A stretch of 64,000 nucleotides of DNA from Bdellovibrio sp. Lineage in GTDB: Bacteria; Bdellovibrionota; Bdellovibrionia; Bdellovibrionales; Bdellovibrionaceae. The notes under the pieces are model-generated. The model saw only the letters and a list, made by a program, of their open reading frames with translations. It did no database searches and was not told the DNA's origin. The DNA is taken from NCBI GenBank assembly GCA_036677065.1, contig JAKFBS010000001.1:672001-736000 (forward strand), written 5' to 3'. A program made the position numbers and the translations under genes. Positions 10,567-20,670 of the stretch are shown here, piece after piece (position 1 is the first letter of the stretch; every line of letters starts with the position of its first letter).

Positions 10567-11255
10567 TGTCTGATATTTCCAAGCTAAGTTCAGCACGCTT
10601 AGCGGGTGCTGTACAAAAAGATGATGGAAAACAAGGCGACGCGAAAATTCGCGAAGTGGCAGACATGTACGAAAAGTATTTCATGAAAGAAATGATGCGC
10701 AACATGCGGTCAACAATCCAAGAAGGTGGTTTTTTAAAAGCCAACAACGCGGAAAAAATCTTTCAAGAACAATTAGACGACGAATATTCAACGCAAGGAA
10801 ATCAGCGCGGTGGTTTTGGTGTTTCAGATATGATTTACCAACAGTTAACTGAAAAATTCGGCGCCAAGTTAGGAATTCCAGGTAAGGTTGATAAACCTAA
10901 CGGGCCGATTCCTGCAGATAAAAAAATTAAATTAGAAGAGCTGATGAATTCACCTCAAGCCTCGACATACTTGTTGCACCCTGAGCAAGCCAGTAACGGT
11001 GCAGATAAGAATGTAAACGTGCAGACCCCATGGGCGGGTGTTTTGCAGAATAAGAATAGACATGAAGGTGATAAAACTTCTTACGCCATTAAACACGACA
11101 ATGGCCTAGAAAGTCTCATTATGACACACGGAGCTCCTTCAGCTGAAACCCGTAATTTGTCTCCCGGAGACAAATTAGAGGCCGGACAGTCCTTAGGTCT
11201 GGCAAGTGCGGGCAGCCCTTTAGTATGGAACGTTAAAAAATCTGTCTCAGAATGA
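10566..11255 (+). CDS. flgJ: FlgJ-like rod-binding protein
   Basis: EKYFMKEMMRNMRST and QLDDEY rod-binding motifs; follows flgI. Confidence 0.8.
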   Translation: MSDISKLSSARLAGAVQKDDGKQGDAKIREVADMYEKYFMKEMMRNMRSTIQEGGFLKANNAEKIFQEQLDDEYSTQGNQRGGFGVSDMIYQQLTEKFGAKLGIPGKVDKPNGPIPADKKIKLEELMNSPQASTYLLHPEQASNGADKNVNVQTPWAGVLQNKNRHEGDKTSYAIKHDNGLESLIMTHGAPSAETRNLSPGDKLEAGQSLGLASAGSPLVWNVKKSVSE

Positions 11256-11312
11256 TTTGGTTGAGACGTGCAATTATGATACACTATGAGAATATACCCT
11301 TGGAGGTTTTAG

Positions 11313-11666
11313 ATGAAAATTACACATAACAAAGTCGGCCAAAATCTGAATTTAACTGATTCGTCTCGTGCTGATAAATCTAAAAAATCTGAAGCGGCCA
11401 ATTCTTCATCAGCAACATCGCAAACAGAAAAAGCAAACGGTTTACCTTTTGCTGCAAATACAGATTCAGCAAAAGTAGATCTTTCAGCTCGCGCTAAAGA
11501 TATCGCTCGTGCAAAAGAAATCGCGATGGCTTCTCCGGATATGGATCAAGCTAAAATTGAAAAATTTCAAAAATTAATTGATGAAGGTAAATACAAAGTG
11601 GATTCAAAAGCCATTGCAGAACGCATGGTCGAAGAGCACTTAATGACCGGAAAAACTTCAGAGTAA
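11313..11666 (+). CDS. flgM: Anti-sigma28 factor FlgM
   Basis: KVDLS and IDEGKYKVDSKAIAERM motifs. Confidence 0.9.
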   Translation: MKITHNKVGQNLNLTDSSRADKSKKSEAANSSSATSQTEKANGLPFAANTDSAKVDLSARAKDIARAKEIAMASPDMDQAKIEKFQKLIDEGKYKVDSKAIAERMVEEHLMTGKTSE

Positions 11667-11693
11667 CGGATTACAAAAAGAAATAGGTAGACA

Positions 11694-12212
11694 ATGGACA
11701 CTGTCTCTTTAAGAAAATTAGCTTACGAAAAAATGATCGCAAATCTTGATGATATGTTGAAAAACTATCGTCAGTTGTTAGATCTTGTTCGTAAAGAAAA
11801 AGATCTTTTGATCACTTCAAATATTGATCAGTTGAATGAAAATAATAATACCAAAGAGCAAGTGATTATTAAGATCAAAGCCCTTGATGCCACTCGTATT
11901 AATTATGCATCTGAATTGGCTCACTTTGCCCAGGCAGATACAGCCCAGCCCAGATTACTTGAAATCGCTCAAAAAATGGGTGGCGCAGAGGGCGAAAAAT
12001 TACGTACGATGCACGCCGCTCTTGAGATGGTGATTAAACGTTTAAGTGAAATCAACAAAGGCAATGTGATCTTTGCTGAATCAGCACTTAAGACAGTGAA
12101 CTCAGCTTTAGAAAATTTTAAAGAGGCTTTAACGCCGCAAAAAACTTACCAAAAAAAGGGAAAGTACCAGCAAGGTTCTCAAACAGGACACATGGTAAAA
12201 CGCGAAGCTTAG
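11694..12212 (+). CDS. flgN: Flagellar export chaperone FlgN
   Basis: Helical protein between flgM and flgK; C-terminal TYQKKG. Confidence 0.8.
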   Translation: MDTVSLRKLAYEKMIANLDDMLKNYRQLLDLVRKEKDLLITSNIDQLNENNNTKEQVIIKIKALDATRINYASELAHFAQADTAQPRLLEIAQKMGGAEGEKLRTMHAALEMVIKRLSEINKGNVIFAESALKTVNSALENFKEALTPQKTYQKKGKYQQGSQTGHMVKREA

Positions 12213-12273
12213 TCATAAAGACTAAGTTAATTAACCCAGACAACGGATTGTCAGGGTTTAAAAGGGGCAACGG

Positions 12274-13692
12274 ATGGCCAAAATTCATGGAATGATGGAT
12301 ATAGGACGAAGAGCGATGGCGCTGAATCAATCAGCGATCCAAACGACTTCGCACAATATCACTAATAAATCCACTGAAGGTTATTCTCGTCAAAAAGTTG
12401 ATTTCCAAACTAATCCCTCGGTTGGTGAAGGTCGTTATCAAATCGGTACCGGTGTTCGTATGGCGAATATTTCGCGTGTGAACAATCCTTGGATCGAAAA
12501 ACAATTAGAAACAGAAAATTCAAATTTTAGCCGTTTAGATCAAAAAACTCAGGCTCTTACGCGTTTAGAATCGACGATGAATGAACAAAGCGTTAAAGGG
12601 ATGAATGATTCAATCAGTAATTTCTTTAACTCGTTTCGTGAATTAGCAAATACACCTGAATCTGCGGTAGCCCGTACGCAAGTGCGTGAAGCTGGAATGG
12701 GTTTAGTTAAACAGTTTCAAGATGCTCATCGCCAAATCGCGGACGTTAAAGTCGATATGAATAAAAATATCGAGTTTGCAATTGCGCAAGTAAATTCGCT
12801 TGCCAAAGGAATTTCTGGAACAAATGAAAAAATCCAACAAATTGAGATTAATGGATCAGATACGGCCAATGATGAGCGTGATCATCGTGATATGTTACTG
12901 AAAAAAATGTCAGAACTAGTTGATATTTCTTACGCTGAAGATAAAAAAACCGGAATGGTGAATGTGACTGCTGGTAAAGCTGCAGTATTGGTTGCCGGAA
13001 CAACGCACTCACAATTAAAAACAGCTTCAGCACCAAGTGGCCAGATGTTAATTTTGCATGAGTTAAGCCCTGGTGGAAGCCAGTTAGATATCACAGACCG
13101 TTTTACCCAAGGTAAAGTGGGCGCAGCACTTGAGGTTCGCGATCAAACAACTCAAGGCATGTTAGATAACTTAAATGATTTAGCTTATAATATCGCAAAT
13201 GAAGTGAATCGTGCGCACCGTGAAGGTTACGATCGTCAAAACATTGCAGGTTCAAACTTTTTTGAATTAGCTAATCCAACAGAGCCTTTTTCAGTCGAGA
13301 ATTTAAAACTCTCTTCTGAAATCGTAAAAGATGTTAGCCGTATCGCTGCTGCTGCAAAACCAAATGCTCCAGGCGATAACACGGTAGCCAATTTAATTCA
13401 TAATTTACAAGGCCGCCGCATGATGGAAGACGGCAAATACAGTTACGATGACTTTTATAATTCTAAAGTGAGTGAAATCGGTATCTTAACCCAGCGTTCA
13501 ACAAGTGAATTGGATAGCCAGCGTAATACGTTAGAGCAATTAACTAATATCCGTGAATCTATCAGTGGTGTAAGCCTTGATGAAGAAGCGGCTAAACTGA
13601 TCGAATATCAAAAATCATTCGAAGCTTCAGCACGTTTAGTGACTACAGCTGATGAGATGTTTGATACGATCTTAAACTTAAAGAGACTATAG
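12274..13692 (+). CDS. flgK: Hook-associated protein FlgK
   Basis: HNITNKSTEGYSRQ and ISGVSLDEEAAKLIEYQ motifs. Confidence 0.95.
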   Translation: MAKIHGMMDIGRRAMALNQSAIQTTSHNITNKSTEGYSRQKVDFQTNPSVGEGRYQIGTGVRMANISRVNNPWIEKQLETENSNFSRLDQKTQALTRLESTMNEQSVKGMNDSISNFFNSFRELANTPESAVARTQVREAGMGLVKQFQDAHRQIADVKVDMNKNIEFAIAQVNSLAKGISGTNEKIQQIEINGSDTANDERDHRDMLLKKMSELVDISYAEDKKTGMVNVTAGKAAVLVAGTTHSQLKTASAPSGQMLILHELSPGGSQLDITDRFTQGKVGAALEVRDQTTQGMLDNLNDLAYNIANEVNRAHREGYDRQNIAGSNFFELANPTEPFSVENLKLSSEIVKDVSRIAAAAKPNAPGDNTVANLIHNLQGRRMMEDGKYSYDDFYNSKVSEIGILTQRSTSELDSQRNTLEQLTNIRESISGVSLDEEAAKLIEYQKSFEASARLVTTADEMFDTILNLKRL

Positions 13693-13702
13693 GAGTTAAA
13701 CT

Positions 13703-14782
13703 ATGAGAGTCTCTGATAAGATGCAACAAGCCCAAGTACTGAATAACTTAAATAAGAATCGTACTGAGCTGTCTAATTTACAAAACCAGGCTTCAAGTTT
13801 AAAAAAAGTGACAAAACCTTCGGATGATCCGACAGGTGTTTCTCGTATTTTGCAAAATCGCACTGATTCATCGAACATGACCCAGTTCGATAAGAATATT
13901 TTCTTAGGAAAATCATTTTTAGAAACCACTGAAACTGTATTAAGCCAAATGGGTGATGTGATTGTTCGTGCCAAAGAGCTAGCTCTGCAAGCGGCCAATG
14001 ATACTAATGCCGGCATGCCGCGAGAGATGATCGCCTCTGAAGTTGAACAAATTTATAATTCGATTGTTGAATTAAGCAATCGCCGTTTCGGTGAAAGATA
14101 TATCTTTGCCGGCCACAAAACGACAGAAGCTCCATTTACCAAAGAGGGTAAGTACACCGGTGATAACGGCCAAATCCAAATTCAAAATTTAGAAGGTCAA
14201 TTCATGCCAATTAACCTTGTGGGTTCGCAAGTGTTCTTAGGTGAAGATTTGTCTTACGGTGGAAACGTTTCGCGTGAACAAAATATTCCGTTAACAGTTG
14301 AAGACTTGCAAAAATTTAAGATCGATCAAATTGAAGCTGAATTCCAAAAAGAAGAAGCGCAAGAGCATCAATTGGAAACGCGCGGACCTGCAAATGTGGG
14401 TTCAGTGCAAAGAATCAGTGAACGTGATCCGATAACAAATGCCCGCGGCGTGAATGTTTTCCAGACAATCATGGGCCTGGAAGCCGCTCTACGCACGAAT
14501 GACAAGCTGGGCATTCAAGAGTCTTTAGACACTTTAGATCAAGCCATGAATCAGGTAAATCTAGCGCGTGCCGAAGTGGGCGGGCGTACAAATCAATTAA
14601 TTGCTACAAGTGAAAGCATCCAACGCGGTATCGTCGATAACAAAGCGTATAACTCGCAAATCGAAGACGCAGATGTATTTCAGGTTATGACAGAAATCAA
14701 TAAATCCAATCAGACCCTAGAAGCTACACTCTCAACTTCACAGAAGTTCATGAGCCAAAGCTTACTTGACTTCTTACGCTAG
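13703..14782 (+). CDS. flgL: Hook-associated protein FlgL
   Basis: KPSDDP, RYIFAG and SLLDFLR motifs. Confidence 0.93.
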   Translation: MRVSDKMQQAQVLNNLNKNRTELSNLQNQASSLKKVTKPSDDPTGVSRILQNRTDSSNMTQFDKNIFLGKSFLETTETVLSQMGDVIVRAKELALQAANDTNAGMPREMIASEVEQIYNSIVELSNRRFGERYIFAGHKTTEAPFTKEGKYTGDNGQIQIQNLEGQFMPINLVGSQVFLGEDLSYGGNVSREQNIPLTVEDLQKFKIDQIEAEFQKEEAQEHQLETRGPANVGSVQRISERDPITNARGVNVFQTIMGLEAALRTNDKLGIQESLDTLDQAMNQVNLARAEVGGRTNQLIATSESIQRGIVDNKAYNSQIEDADVFQVMTEINKSNQTLEATLSTSQKFMSQSLLDFLR

Positions 14783-14808
14783 TCACATTAACTAGACTTC
14801 CGCTGAGT

Positions 14809-14835
14809 TATGTTTACAGAGATATGAGCCGATAG
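14809..14835 (+). promoter_or_regulatory. sigma28-like promoter of csrA
   Basis: TATGTTTA-N11-GCCGATAG. Confidence 0.6.
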
Positions 14836-14901
14836 GTTCGTATCAGTATGATGTTTTGTCTATAAGAGACAATTCAGTGGAAGGAACAAGGAGTTCTATT
14901 T

Positions 14902-15132
14902 ATGCTAGTACTTACAAGGAAGTTAGGCGAGAGCATTGCGATTGATGATCACATCAAGATCCGCGTAGTTCAAATCAAAGGTAAACAAGTTCGTTTAGGT
15001 ATCGAAGCTCCGAAGGACACCAAGATCCATCGCGAGGAAGTTTACTTAGCTATTCAAGATCAAAATCAACAGTCAGTTCAAGTCAGTTCAGATAGAGTTA
15101 AAAACATCTCTAAACTACTTAAACCTGAATAG
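14902..15132 (+). CDS. csrA: Carbon storage regulator CsrA
   Basis: MLVLTRKLGESIAI...VRLGIEAP..IHREEVY. Confidence 0.97.
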   Translation: MLVLTRKLGESIAIDDHIKIRVVQIKGKQVRLGIEAPKDTKIHREEVYLAIQDQNQQSVQVSSDRVKNISKLLKPE

Positions 15133-15301
15133 TCCTTTGATCGCTTTTTATTCATAGTTCTCTAGTTCTCCCTTTTTAAGGAAATTTAATAACTTACGGC
15201 GTTAAACGCATAAAAAAATTGATGCCCCACGGTTTTAAGGCCAGTATTGATTAACCGGTTAAGGATGATCGAGTGTCTTAAAAATTAAGCATGGGGGGAT
15301 C

Positions 15302-15835
15302 GTGATAATTAATACGACTCGTTTCGGTCAAGTGAATCTACAACAAGAAGACATTATTACCTTTCCAGAAGGTCTTCTAGGTTTTCAAGACCTTAGAAAT
15401 TTTGTTTTACTCGATGATCCAAATGACGACATTTTTGCGTGGTTACAATCCTGCGAATTACCGTCAATCGCATTTCCTGTATTGGAGCCAGAAATTTTCG
15501 GCCAATACTACTCAGTTAATCTTACTAAAAATGAATTAGAACTTTTAAAGATCAAAGGTGATCAAAAGCCGACATTCATGAACATCATCACTATTCCAGA
15601 TGATCCAACACAAATGACAGCGAACGTGAAAGCGCCAATCGTTATCAATCCAGAAGCTCGTATTGCTCGTCAGTGCGTTCTTCAAGATAACAACTTAGCT
15701 ATCCGTGAGCCCATCTTTGTAAAGCTTCAAAGCCGTGTGGTGCAAAACCCAAACGTATCCATTAAAGCCTTATCACAAGGGCTTTCTTGCGCAGTGAAAC
15801 TAAACAATAAGTCAGAGATTGACCAGTCTTTATAA
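15302..15835 (+). CDS. fliW: Flagellar assembly factor FliW (CsrA antagonist)
   Basis: TTRFG, FPEGLLGF, WLQS and MTANVKAPIVIN motifs. Confidence 0.93.
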   Translation: MIINTTRFGQVNLQQEDIITFPEGLLGFQDLRNFVLLDDPNDDIFAWLQSCELPSIAFPVLEPEIFGQYYSVNLTKNELELLKIKGDQKPTFMNIITIPDDPTQMTANVKAPIVINPEARIARQCVLQDNNLAIREPIFVKLQSRVVQNPNVSIKALSQGLSCAVKLNNKSEIDQSL

Positions 15836-15854
15836 AAACTGACATTCTCGTCAG

Positions 15855-18800
15855 ATGCCATTTCGAAAGCTTATATTTTCTCAAGCCTCTGGGTTAATCA
15901 ACCTTGGGGCTAAACGTATTGTTGATGTTAAGGATAAGCTAGAGCTTCCTGAGCTTCTTAGTGCCTATAACCCTGATATTGATAAAGCTGATATCGATTG
16001 GTCGACAAACAAAACTCTTTATAAAAGTTTATTTCGCAATAATAAGTCGATTCTGTTTAAGTCAGTTTCATTTCAAATTGTTGCCAGTTTATTCTCTTTT
16101 GCCACGCCGGTGTTAATTCATAATTTTATTTCAGGTTTACAAGCAGGCGATTGGTCGCAAGATCATGTCTTGGTGTTAATGGCCTATGCGATAGGTTTTG
16201 GTTTGTGTGGGGCCGGTAATGGTATTGCGATTCAACATTACTTTTTTCATACGCTAAACTTTTTTCAGGTCACAACCAACATTGTGAATAAAAAAATATT
16301 CACGCATGCTTTAAAACTTTCATCGCGCGCAAAACAAAAATATCAAGTGGGCGATATCGTGAACTTTATGAGTTCAGACACCGATGCTCTTGGTGATGCG
16401 GCGATCGTAACGATCGATTTATCGAATGCGGTTTTATTATTAGTGGGTTGTTCGGCTTTATTATTTTATTATATCGGCTGGTCAGCAATTGGTGCAGTGG
16501 CTGTGATGGCGGTCTTGATTCCGTTAACTCAGCGCTTAGCTAAAAAATTCGTTCACATGGAAGAAGAAATGATGGCTCAGCGGGATAGCCGCATGACCTT
16601 AATGACTCAGATTCTAAACTCAATCCGTGTTGTGAAATATTTCTCGTGGGAAAAAAGCGTACAAGACGAAGTTACTGAAGTTCGTAATAAAGAAATCGGT
16701 GCTCGTTTTAAATTAGCAAAGTCAGAAATTCTTTGGGGATTGATCTACGCTTCAATTTCAACAGTTGTATTATTTGTCGCTTTAACGATTCATCACTTTC
16801 GCGGTCAAACTATTGATTTAGCTTTAGTGCTGACATGTATTTCGATTTTTTCTTTAATGGAAGATCACTTCGGCGGATTATCTCGTTTTATTAGTCGTTT
16901 GATGAATGTGTTTGTCAGCGGCCGCCGTATTACAGAATTTGTAAAATCAGAAACTGTGGATTCTTTTGCACCGACTGCAGAAAACCCAGAATTAGCTGGC
17001 GAGCATGTGATCGTTAAAGATTTACATTTTGGTTATGATGCTAAGACAACATTATTTAATAATTTGTCATTCACGTTAAAACAAGGTGAATCACTAGCCA
17101 TTATTGGCGCCGTCGGTTCTGGAAAGTCTACGATCTTACAATTATTCTTAAAAGAAATTGCACCCACTTCGGGAATAATTCATTTATCGAATAAATATCG
17201 CAGAGCCTATATTCCGCAAGAAGCTTACATTGTTAATTCAACCTTAAAGGAAAATCTATTTTTTGGTGAAGACCAGGATCAAGCCGTCTTAGACCGAGCC
17301 ATTCAATTATCGTGCTTGCGTGCTGATATCAATTTATTACCTAAGGGCACTGACACCGAGATCGGTGAAAAGGGTGTAAATCTTTCTGGCGGGCAAAAAC
17401 AACGCGTAAGTCTTGCGCGCGCCGTGATTGCAAAGCCTGAGGTGATTTTATTAGATGATCCACTGTCTGCTGTTGATCCTCACACTGAAAAGTTATTATG
17501 TGATCAGCTTATTTTCGGTGAATGGAAAAATAAAACACGCATCATGGCGACTCATCGAATTTCTCAGTTGGAGCGTTTTGATAAAATTTTATTTTTGATC
17601 GATGGTCATTACCAAATCGGCACGTATCAAGAACTCATCGAAAAATCGCCAGAGTTTAAAAAATACTTAGAAATCGAAAAACAAAACCAAAAACACGAAA
17701 TCGAAATTCAAAAATCAACGCAAGTCACAGAGGTGTCAGCGCCAAATGCGGATAGCGATGGTCGCATGACGGTAGATGAAGACCGCGAAATCGGTTCGGT
17801 TAGAGCCGACATCTATATGACCTATATCAAGTCATTGGGCGGTGATAGTCCTCGTCGTAATATTTTTATCGGTCTATTGTTTTTAGGGGCGATCGTGCAT
17901 GTCAGTGCGCCGATGATGCAAAGAGCGTGGCTTACGCAAATGAGCGGCAAAGTCGATGCCTTGATGTTGGTAATGGGTTATGGAGCCTTTGGATTATTTA
18001 CGATGTTATTAACATTTATGAATAACTACCAATGGACTTACCGTGGGGTTTCAGCCGGAAGACTAATGCATGATAAAATGCTTAAATCGATTTTAAAAAG
18101 TCAGATTCGCTTTTTTGATAGCACGCCAATTGGCCGTATTTTACAGCGCTTCTCGCGCGATGTTGAATCGGTCGATATTCATTTACAATGGACTTTCGAT
18201 AATGCCATTCACTCGCTTTTTAACGTGTTATCAGCGTTTATTTTAATTGTGATCGCACTACCGGTAAGTCTTTTTGTTTTAACACCGGTGTTCTTTATTT
18301 ATTATTCGATTCAACATCGTTACCGCCGTGTGGCCCGTGAAGTAAAACGTTTAGACTCAACAGCGCGTTCTCCTAGATATGCTCACTTTAAAGAAACCTT
18401 ACAGGGTTTAACGGTGATTCGTTCGTTTAATTCACAAGAATGGTTCACGAAAGAATTTTTACAAAAATTAAATTTCTCGACTGAAATGTTTTACACTCAC
18501 TATATGGTGAATCGCTGGTTCTCATCGCGTTTACCATTAATTGGAGCTACCATTTCGATGACAACGGCCATGGCCGTGATTTATGCAAGCTCTAAGGGGT
18601 GGTTAACCGCTGGCCTTGCAGGTCTTGTGACGTTATATGCTTTAGAATTCTGGCGCCATTTAAATTGGGGAGTCAGAATTTTTTCTGATTTAGAATCTCG
18701 TATGACTTCGGTTGAACGTTTAGAATTTTACACGAACTTGCCTGCAGAAAAAGATGAAGTGAACTTAGTCGATTTTCAACGAACTCATCCAAAGTGGCCA

Positions 18801-19487
18801 AGCTCAGGAACATTAGAATTCAAAAATGTTTTTGTAAAATACGCAGATCATTTACCCAACGTTTTAAAAGGCGTTACATTTACCATTCAATCGGGTGCGC
18901 GCGCAGGTGTGGTTGGGCGAACTGGATCGGGTAAGTCGACTTTATTTCAAACGGTGTATCGCTTTGTCGATTATTATAAAGGTGAAATTCTAATTGATGG
19001 GCTAGCGATTGATAAAGTTCCGCTTGAAATGCTTCGCCAAAATTTAGCCGTGATTCCGCAAGATCCATCACTATTTATGGGAAGCCTGCGTTCAAATATT
19101 GATCGCTATAGCCAAGCCACAGATGTTGAGGTTTGGGCGGTTTTAGACAAAGTCGGCTTAAAACCTTTTGTGCAAGCATTACCAGGGCAACTTACTCACC
19201 ATGTGACTGAAAATGGTTCTAATCTTTCACAAGGGCAGCGTCAGTTGATTTGTTTAGCCCGAGCCCTATTGATGAAAGTAAAAATCATTTTCTTAGATGA
19301 AGCGACAGCCAGTGTAGATTTAGAAACAGATGCGCTTATTCAGCAGGTGATTCGTACTTCGTTGGACGGCATTACTCTTGTAACTATTGCCCACAGGCTT
19401 TCTACACTTAAAGACTACGATCAGATCATTGAGTTACAAAACGGCCAGGTCGTCAGATCCGGCGCTATCCGGGCAACGGATTTGTAG
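15855..19487 (+). CDS. Four-domain (TMD-NBD)2 ABC exporter, ABCC/MRP-like
   Basis: GAVGSGKS, IGEKGVNLSGGQKQR, LDDPLSAVD, GRTGSGKS, LSQGQRQL and DEATASVD motifs. Confidence 0.92.
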   Translation: MPFRKLIFSQASGLINLGAKRIVDVKDKLELPELLSAYNPDIDKADIDWSTNKTLYKSLFRNNKSILFKSVSFQIVASLFSFATPVLIHNFISGLQAGDWSQDHVLVLMAYAIGFGLCGAGNGIAIQHYFFHTLNFFQVTTNIVNKKIFTHALKLSSRAKQKYQVGDIVNFMSSDTDALGDAAIVTIDLSNAVLLLVGCSALLFYYIGWSAIGAVAVMAVLIPLTQRLAKKFVHMEEEMMAQRDSRMTLMTQILNSIRVVKYFSWEKSVQDEVTEVRNKEIGARFKLAKSEILWGLIYASISTVVLFVALTIHHFRGQTIDLALVLTCISIFSLMEDHFGGLSRFISRLMNVFVSGRRITEFVKSETVDSFAPTAENPELAGEHVIVKDLHFGYDAKTTLFNNLSFTLKQGESLAIIGAVGSGKSTILQLFLKEIAPTSGIIHLSNKYRRAYIPQEAYIVNSTLKENLFFGEDQDQAVLDRAIQLSCLRADINLLPKGTDTEIGEKGVNLSGGQKQRVSLARAVIAKPEVILLDDPLSAVDPHTEKLLCDQLIFGEWKNKTRIMATHRISQLERFDKILFLIDGHYQIGTYQELIEKSPEFKKYLEIEKQNQKHEIEIQKSTQVTEVSAPNADSDGRMTVDEDREIGSVRADIYMTYIKSLGGDSPRRNIFIGLLFLGAIVHVSAPMMQRAWLTQMSGKVDALMLVMGYGAFGLFTMLLTFMNNYQWTYRGVSAGRLMHDKMLKSILKSQIRFFDSTPIGRILQRFSRDVESVDIHLQWTFDNAIHSLFNVLSAFILIVIALPVSLFVLTPVFFIYYSIQHRYRRVAREVKRLDSTARSPRYAHFKETLQGLTVIRSFNSQEWFTKEFLQKLNFSTEMFYTHYMVNRWFSSRLPLIGATISMTTAMAVIYASSKGWLTAGLAGLVTLYALEFWRHLNWGVRIFSDLESRMTSVERLEFYTNLPAEKDEVNLVDFQRTHPKWPSSGTLEFKNVFVKYADHLPNVLKGVTFTIQSGARAGVVGRTGSGKSTLFQTVYRFVDYYKGEILIDGLAIDKVPLEMLRQNLAVIPQDPSLFMGSLRSNIDRYSQATDVEVWAVLDKVGLKPFVQALPGQLTHHVTENGSNLSQGQRQLICLARALLMKVKIIFLDEATASVDLETDALIQQVIRTSLDGITLVTIAHRLSTLKDYDQIIELQNGQVVRSGAIRATDL

Positions 19488-19561
19488 AATGCCTAAATCT
19501 TCAATTAATTGACCTGCCTTTTTGCTTAGAAGTTTCTCGAAACTAAGCAAAGGGGAAATCA

Positions 19562-20584
19562 ATGAAACATAAAACTTATTTCGCATATCTGGTGTTGGCA
19601 ACCGTAATGACCGGTTGTCTAAAAGTACAAAAAAAAGATGCAGTTGCCGCAAAAGCAACTCAGTCTAAAGCGCAAACACAATCGGTGACGATTAATCGTG
19701 AATTACGATTAAATGACATTTTTGTAGAATTCATAGGGCAGCGCCGACCGAATGTTTATGATGTCTTGTTGTCATGGCCTCAAACTCGCGATCGAGTACG
19801 CGTTAGCTTAGATGGTAAAGTTTTATTTACTAAAAATACTTCAGAAGTTTTTAATCACACTCTTAATAACTTAGCTGGTGGCGATAAGTTAAACTTATTA
19901 GTTGAAATTTTAAAGAAAGACGAAGACAGCGTACTTTCTTCTGAGGCGCGCGATTTAGAAATTCCGGAAGATTATGTTTTTCCCGAACAATTTGTTTTAG
20001 ATTATGACTTGAAAATCCATAATAACCGCGTGTTTATGAATAAATCGGTTATCACCACTCAAAGTTTCAATTTAGAAATTATCGCTAAAGAGTTAATAGT
20101 TTTGGACGAGTCGCTTGTTCAAGGTTTTCCTCAGGGAACAAAAGCTAGTCCTGGTTATGGCGGGCGTAGTGGAGGATTAATTAATATTGAAGTAGAAGCA
20201 GCTGAGGGTTCATTGAACTTCGCTTTAAATTCAGAAGCTGGTGGGGATGGCTTACAAGGGTACTATGAAATTCGCACTATTGGAAAAGACAAAACGGATG
20301 TTTTGACTCCCAGATGTGCTCGTGGAGGCAGCGGATTTTCAGCAGGGCGAAATAATCATTTGAGATTAAAAGTTAATAAAGCTGCAAATTTTTATTCTTA
20401 TAGACGCCCATATTATAGTGAGGGCGGTAATCCCGGTCCACGATTAGGACAAGCTCCAGCTTCATATCCAGCTATGACTGATGAAAGTAACTGTCCGCAA
20501 AATCCAACAATTGGTGCAGCAGCAAGTAGTGGCTTGTTTTGTATAATGTTACCTGGTTTGACTCCTGAGCAAGGTTGCGAATAG
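19562..20584 (+). CDS. Hypothetical lipoprotein with Gly-rich C-terminal segments
   Basis: Lipobox MTGC; GGRSGG and GGDGLQG segments. Confidence 0.75.
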   Translation: MKHKTYFAYLVLATVMTGCLKVQKKDAVAAKATQSKAQTQSVTINRELRLNDIFVEFIGQRRPNVYDVLLSWPQTRDRVRVSLDGKVLFTKNTSEVFNHTLNNLAGGDKLNLLVEILKKDEDSVLSSEARDLEIPEDYVFPEQFVLDYDLKIHNNRVFMNKSVITTQSFNLEIIAKELIVLDESLVQGFPQGTKASPGYGGRSGGLINIEVEAAEGSLNFALNSEAGGDGLQGYYEIRTIGKDKTDVLTPRCARGGSGFSAGRNNHLRLKVNKAANFYSYRRPYYSEGGNPGPRLGQAPASYPAMTDESNCPQNPTIGAAASSGLFCIMLPGLTPEQGCE

Positions 20585-20609
20585 CCAAAATCGACTCCAT
20601 TCGATCTAA

Positions 20610-20657
20610 TGTGCATTATAGTGCGCACTTGACAAAATGCGCACTATAATGCACAAT
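20610..20657 (+). promoter_or_regulatory. TA operon promoter and 18-bp inverted-repeat operator
   Basis: TGTGCATTATAGTGCGCA-N10-TGCGCACTATAATGCACA is a perfect IR. TTGACA (20629) lies 17 nt before CACAAT (20652). Confidence 0.8.
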
Positions 20658-20670
20658 CTAGAAAGGCATC

